Source of the DNA: a virus
Taxonomy: Duplodnaviria; Heunggongvirae; Uroviricota; Caudoviricetes
Length of the DNA stretch: 64,000 bases
Virus record (IMG/VR): IMGVR_UViG_3300005660_000003
Coordinates: 10,261-74,260 of that record
Strand: one strand, 5' to 3'
Below, piece after piece: positions 59,529 to 64,000 of this stretch. Every line of letters starts with the position of its first letter. Positions within the stretch are counted from its first letter, which is position 1. Below the pieces are notes generated by a model. It searched no databases and had not been told where the DNA came from. It worked only from the letters and a program-made list of their open reading frames with translations. The translations under genes and the position numbers were made by a program.

Positions 59529-59942
59529 CTACTCAGCTTTTGGAGCTGGCACTGACCAAATCAGGTCGTCGTTTGTTGGAACAAGCAATCCCGCACACTG
59601 TGCGAACTGAATAGCAGACTGCTTAGCTCCAACCGCAGCAGCCAAGCAGAATATGTTCTGCGTTGACTGAGCGTGCGCAGCGGCCACATTGATTCTGTCA
59701 ATTTCTTTATGCACACTTGCCAACTCATCCTCAAGGTTCTTCTTGGCCCGAGCCAACGCTGTGGAACGGTTTTGAGCTGATGTAAGAACACCAACAGTAA
59801 ACCCTTCCAATTTTTCAAGAGCAGCAGCCTGCTTCTTTGCCAAAGCCTTACCAATTACGTCTGAACCAAACGTAGATGGGGCAATAACATCCGCAACAGT
59901 CAAAGTTGACAACGGATTCACAACACTCGTACTTTCACTCAT
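59529..59942 (-). CDS. Ala-rich hypothetical protein (start assigned to the internal Met with RBS; ORF-track start at 60011 is less likely)
   Basis: agggaag lies 8 nt upstream of the ATG at 59942. Coiled-coil-like Ala/Lys/Glu-rich sequence. GC-rich. Confidence 0.4.
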   Translation of the reverse strand: MSESTSVVNPLSTLTVADVIAPSTFGSDVIGKALAKKQAAALEKLEGFTVGVLTSAQNRSTALARAKKNLEDELASVHKEIDRINVAAAHAQSTQNIFCLAAAVGAKQSAIQFAQCAGLLVPTNDDLIWSVPAPKAE

Positions 59943-60010
59943 AAAACTTCCCTTTGCAAAGGAAACTATAAAATGGGAGCAACTACATATTACCCCCGGT
60001 AAACTACACA

Positions 60011-60583
60011 CTAATCACCAAAGCCATCATTAAGTAAAAATGGCCTTTGTGGACTCGAATCAGAAATTGTCCAACTAATTTCTGGACTTCTTAATTGATT
60101 TTTGTTTTTAACTACACCTATAATCTTCCTGTCGAAATTAGGTAAAAGCATTTCTATCTTATTGTTATTATTTATCGACAATTCAAAATCTTGGAAAGCG
60201 AAACTTTTTGAGTCTTTATCATACGGTATGTTTTTCGTATAATATAGAAATGAAAAGTTTGTTTTGTCTTCGGTTTCTTTTAACCCTGTAATCACGCAGG
60301 AGAATATATGGTCGCACGCCAATGAAATCGCATATGGAAAACCATCTATCGTACGTTGGAATTTAGTGTGCCCAGTAAATCTTACTGAAGATCCATCGTA
60401 AATATTAATTACCTCGGCGTATCCTTCTGGGGTAATTTGTACGTATACCCTTCTACCATCTGGATTTTTCTTATTCGTAAAGAAATGTAGATCATTGCTA
60501 TATGTTTTTCCAACATATGTATGGTCAAACATTCTTCCCCATTTATGAAGTAGTGGGTGACTTTTATACTGTAATTGCGTCAT
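60011..60583 (-). CDS. hypothetical protein
   Basis: 190-aa ORF. Confidence 0.45.
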   Translation of the reverse strand: MTQLQYKSHPLLHKWGRMFDHTYVGKTYSNDLHFFTNKKNPDGRRVYVQITPEGYAEVINIYDGSSVRFTGHTKFQRTIDGFPYAISLACDHIFSCVITGLKETEDKTNFSFLYYTKNIPYDKDSKSFAFQDFELSINNNNKIEMLLPNFDRKIIGVVKNKNQLRSPEISWTISDSSPQRPFLLNDGFGD

Positions 60584-60606
60584 AAAAACTTTCTAAGAAA
60601 AGGGTG

Positions 60607-61029
60607 TTATGTTTGAAGAGACAATCTCTTCTTTATTTCACTAAAAGTAGAAGAGTTGCAGGATGCTCCGTTAAGAAAGATGGAGGTCAACTCTCCCTCT
60701 TTTTCCTGCTCCGGTGAACAATCATTAAGTAACACAAGGACTCCATTGTCTCTTTTGATTACTGAAAGTAATCCTTTTGCGGACTTCTTCATGCCATCGC
60801 CAGTTTTTGGATCTTTAAAGATGCTCTTGGCTACGCCAGAGATTTGGACCCAAGTAGCCTTGCAGGCAATAGAATATGTATCACGGGTAACATATTGGTA
60901 TGTGTAAGACCCAATACCAAACACTACATTAGTGGAAGCAAAACCCTTGTCGGCTAGTAATTTGCAAATTTGTTCACACCTATAGATGATTGGTGTGAAT
61001 AAATAAGCATTCAGGGATACCAGAAGCAT
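60607..61029 (-). pseudogene. nadV: C-terminal remnant (about 140 aa) of nicotinamide phosphoribosyltransferase NadV/NAMPT
   Basis: GIGS...QYVTRDTYSIACKATWVQISGVAKSIFKDPKTGDGMKKSAKGLLSV...TFSEIKKRL aligns by eye to the NAMPT C-terminus (GSGGG...LTRDLLNCSFK......VFKDP...KRSKKGRLSL...SFDEIRKN). The N-terminal ~350 aa are absent. Confidence 0.5.
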
Positions 61030-61357
61030 CCATTTCTACATCATCTAATATTAAGATCTTACCACTAACTGGGTTGCTTGCGATCCAGCTCTTGATCTCA
61101 TCTATTCTCCAACTACCCTCTATATCTGTACAGGGCAATATTGGCGTATGATCAAAGATAGTAAGCCCCGCCCACAATAACTCACTTCTTACGCGGGTTA
61201 TTGAGGCTGGGTGTCTACGCTAATCAGAAGAAAGAACTATCTTAGAACTGGTGCTCTCTACGAGAAATTTCAACAGTAGCAACTTGTCATTCTCAAAAGG
61301 TGTTTCGCTTATTGAGCGATTAAGAACACCATCCACGTCTAAGAAAATAATGTTCAC
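60980..61357 (-). pseudogene. small HAD-superfamily phosphatase with an in-frame TAG at codon 46 (probable TGG to TAG in the conserved SSDWR motif); GTG start overlapping upstream stop (GTGA)
   Basis: Hand translation: VNIIFLDVDGVLN...KIVLSSD*RRH...KILILDD.... HAD motifs I (DxDGxL) and IV (DD) are present. The ORF track shows only the post-stop part (60980..61177). Confidence 0.5.
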
Positions 61358-61602
61358 GCCGTTTTCCCACCAATTCCAAATTTTCTAACATCTTCTCTTG
61401 GGTTTACTACCCTAATCTTTTCGACTAGAATATTATCAATACTATCTATCAATTCTTCCGTTAGTTTTCCCAAATTTTTCCTTTCGGCAACGCTTGGGAT
61501 TCCCTCAACGGTAATTGAAAAATCTGTATTTTGATAACTACCAGAAGATATTTTAACTGATCTTGTTACAGTTACACTTTTGATTATCATGAAAATGCCC
61601 AA
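61354..61602 (-). CDS. hypothetical protein
   Basis: 82-aa ORF. Confidence 0.4.
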   Translation of the reverse strand: MGIFMIIKSVTVTRSVKISSGSYQNTDFSITVEGIPSVAERKNLGKLTEELIDSIDNILVEKIRVVNPREDVRKFGIGGKTA

Positions 61603-62696
61603 TGTTTAGTTTGGATTTCGTTTACAAACACATCAGCTTTTATGTGTTTCTCTGGAGCTGGATTTGATTTAATCCATTCTTCATAAATTACTTCTGTGTC
61701 TTTGTTATTAACTTCATCCCAAGCTTCATCCCAAGCTTTATATGCAGGATTTACCATAGTAACCATGAAGGTTTTTTCACCAGTTATACTAATTAAACAT
61801 ATAACATGGTTGCCGCCCTTATCATAAATCCAAGATCCGGGTGGTGAAAACCTTGTAAATGGTTCACATAGTTCAAGTTTTTCATGATATATTGTACCAT
61901 CTTTTGCATCTACTATTTGGTAGTTATATGAATATTTTTTGCCAACGCTTCTATTGCAGTTTAAAATACTAATAAATGCAGATGGCTTTTCATCATATAA
62001 ATTTGATTCATCTATTATTTCTATCACCGAATCTATAGAAATAGTATCCATTTTTGAAATTACTTCAATTGTGTCATCAGTAAATGCCACATTTTTAAGT
62101 CTATCTTGTACGATCTCTGTGATGGTGTCCTTGGTTAGATCTCCGTATTCTTTAACATATCTAATTCTACTTAGTCTATTAAGCAGATTTTCATTAACAA
62201 ACATGTGATTTGTTGTCAGAAGATACAAACACTTTTGCTTAGGAACTTGTACTCCATCCATACAGGATAGCAACACACCCCTAGTGTCCTGAGTGAAAAC
62301 CTTTTCATATTCATCAACAAGAATTACACAATCGAAATCTATCGTGTTAATGAATTCTGGTATTCCGGGTAGATTTTCACTAATCATAATTACGGGCAAT
62401 TTTAGCTCATTACATATAATTTTTGCCGTAAATGTTTTACCAGAACCCTTCATTCCATTTAGTAAAACGCCCAAATTTCTTTTTGATTGATTAAAGCTTT
62501 TTACAATCCTATCAATTAAGGTTTTGTCCACATCGTAGATCTTTTCTGGAAGCTTAAAAGACTCTCCTACGTGACTTAAATATAAGCCAATGCGTGGACT
62601 AAGACATAGTTGATACATTCCAGCTTCAATTTTTACTGGAACGTGTGGATCTGTAGAGTAAATACACCCGCTACTATTAACCCAAATTTTAGACAA
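61587..62696 (-). CDS. AAA ATPase
   Basis: Walker A GMKGSGKT. Walker B ILVDEYEK. LLSCMDGV (sensor region). Confidence 0.65.
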   Translation of the reverse strand: MSKIWVNSSGCIYSTDPHVPVKIEAGMYQLCLSPRIGLYLSHVGESFKLPEKIYDVDKTLIDRIVKSFNQSKRNLGVLLNGMKGSGKTFTAKIICNELKLPVIMISENLPGIPEFINTIDFDCVILVDEYEKVFTQDTRGVLLSCMDGVQVPKQKCLYLLTTNHMFVNENLLNRLSRIRYVKEYGDLTKDTITEIVQDRLKNVAFTDDTIEVISKMDTISIDSVIEIIDESNLYDEKPSAFISILNCNRSVGKKYSYNYQIVDAKDGTIYHEKLELCEPFTRFSPPGSWIYDKGGNHVICLISITGEKTFMVTMVNPAYKAWDEAWDEVNNKDTEVIYEEWIKSNPAPEKHIKADVFVNEIQTKHWAFS

Positions 62697-63011
62697 GGTT
62701 TTCTCCGTAAGTAAAAGATGAAAAGCTAGACTCTGAAGAAGGCTTCAGCTTCTGAAAGTGAAAGAGGGATAATTGACCCTTTGGGGCTGGTCAGAGTAAC
62801 ACTCTTAGTGCTAATATTTATTACGGTATAACCGTCTTTAGTGGTGCCAATTCCAATAGTAGGTGTTTGTTGTGTTTCGCTCAAGAGTCTTCTCCTAAAA
62901 GGTTTTTAACTTTTTCAAGTATTTCCGAAGTGGTTTCGCCGCCATCTATGTGACTTGCTTCATCTGTGATACTATGATAAAGGTCGTTTAGAGTACCACA
63001 TAGATCATCAA

Positions 63012-63620
63012 TTAAACATTTTTCCAAATCTTAATTCTATTTTTAGGACTCCACACATCGTCATCCTCATAATCTACATCTGGCTCAACCCCTTTAATAC
63101 CAAGAGGGACACAGCATTCCATTGTGATTAAATGTCTTACAGGTGCCTTTATGTAGGGCAGAGTATTTTCTATTCTAGCGTGAGAGTGTACGCACACAAT
63201 AACACAAGGTTTATTAAAGCTAAGCCAACAGTCTTCTATTTTGAATCTGTGTGTTGTAAGCCTTTCAATATTCCACTCCTTGTCCCTCATTTTGGGATCT
63301 ACTGAGTGACACTCCCATTTTGACATAAAGGCAAACGAGGCGGCTGTTCTTGGAGCGTGTCCATCGCCCACACAAACCACAGTAATATCCTCATTCCATT
63401 CTACTGGTAGGTGTCTGCAGGCTTCTACGGCTGCAAAACTTTCAGTGATTTCCTTAGCGTTTGGAAATAGGCCGCGTATGAGTAGGTCAGAGGCGGCCTT
63501 CATACCCATGAAGCGGTTAATATAACGGCCAGCATACCTTTTGTTATTGCCTTTTAGTTTGGAGTTTTTGAATTCAGTTGTCAATATTCTGCTCCTCTTC
63601 GCAATCTGAATAATTTTCAT
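63012..63620 (-). CDS. hypothetical protein
   Basis: 202-aa ORF. Confidence 0.45.
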   Translation of the reverse strand: MKIIQIAKRSRILTTEFKNSKLKGNNKRYAGRYINRFMGMKAASDLLIRGLFPNAKEITESFAAVEACRHLPVEWNEDITVVCVGDGHAPRTAASFAFMSKWECHSVDPKMRDKEWNIERLTTHRFKIEDCWLSFNKPCVIVCVHSHARIENTLPYIKAPVRHLITMECCVPLGIKGVEPDVDYEDDDVWSPKNRIKIWKNV

Positions 63621-63816
63621 CCTCTTTAGCGATTCCGGCCAAAATTTTGTACAACCAGCTCTTGTTTTTAAAGCATCGCCACCTGCTTCCGTTAATTCTT
63701 AAGCAGGTGCCTTCCATAGGGTGGCGTTTATCTATTGGGTCCGGACCATCGAAGGAGTCTACTCTCTTAAGTAAAGCATCGTAATCTCCATCAAATACGA
63801 ATCTATCTAATTCCAA
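63574..63816 (-). CDS. hypothetical acidic protein
   Basis: 80-aa ORF overlapping the downstream gene. Confidence 0.35.
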   Translation of the reverse strand: MELDRFVFDGDYDALLKRVDSFDGPDPIDKRHPMEGTCLRINGSRWRCFKNKSWLYKILAGIAKEDENYSDCEEEQNIDN

Positions 63817-64000
63817 GACATGTGGTATAGAGTGTAATATGCACCAATCTTTGACTTCATCCCAAGTTAGGTCTAACTCCTTACCGGAGGGTAATACATA
63901 AGAAATTCTGTAAACATATACTCCGAAATCCCCGTCGGCATGCCCATAAGAATAAGTGATAGTTTCGGGGTATAGTTTCTTATATTCCTTTTCTTTTACT

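Noticed and set aside
1-64000. CRISPR arrays, rRNA genes and integrase/att sites.
   Set aside because: No regularly spaced direct repeats, rRNA-like conserved blocks or recombinase motifs were seen anywhere in the window.

Overview
This 64-kb window is a very AT-rich (about one-third GC by eye), densely packed segment of a large dsDNA phage genome. No rRNA, CRISPR array or cellular housekeeping operon is present. Gene content is T4-like or large-marine-myovirus-like: class Ia ribonucleotide reductase nrdA/nrdB (nrdA carries an intein), a ThyX-like thymidylate synthase, dCMP deaminase, a polynucleotide kinase/phosphatase, an ATP-dependent DNA ligase, a CobS-like AAA ATPase with a VWA partner, a tRNA cluster at 18.4-22.1 kb, and many freestanding homing endonucleases. 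Most genes lie on the minus strand and are chained by 4-nt ATGA/GTGA overlaps. The plus-strand islands are homing-endonuclease insertions and a 33.4-40 kb block. The main finding is a phage-encoded ubiquitin-like conjugation operon at 55.4-59.4 kb on the minus strand. It is ordered ThiS/MoaD-like Ubl, a Cys-less E2-like paralog, an E2 (UBC-like HPN...C motif), a JAB/JAMM peptidase and a ThiF/E1-like enzyme, all translationally coupled. Other notable features: (1) a LAGLIDADG intein inserted exactly at the catalytic Cys of a papain-like (C1) cysteine peptidase, with a GIY-YIG homing endonuclease immediately upstream; (2) a six-member HNH-endonuclease family, each preceded by a conserved promoter-like cassette; (3) an 13-kb glycosyltransferase/methyltransferase island; (4) an in-frame amber codon in a small HAD phosphatase; (5) a C-terminal remnant of nicotinamide phosphoribosyltransferase (NadV); and (6) GC-rich compositional islands, one lacking any convincing gene.
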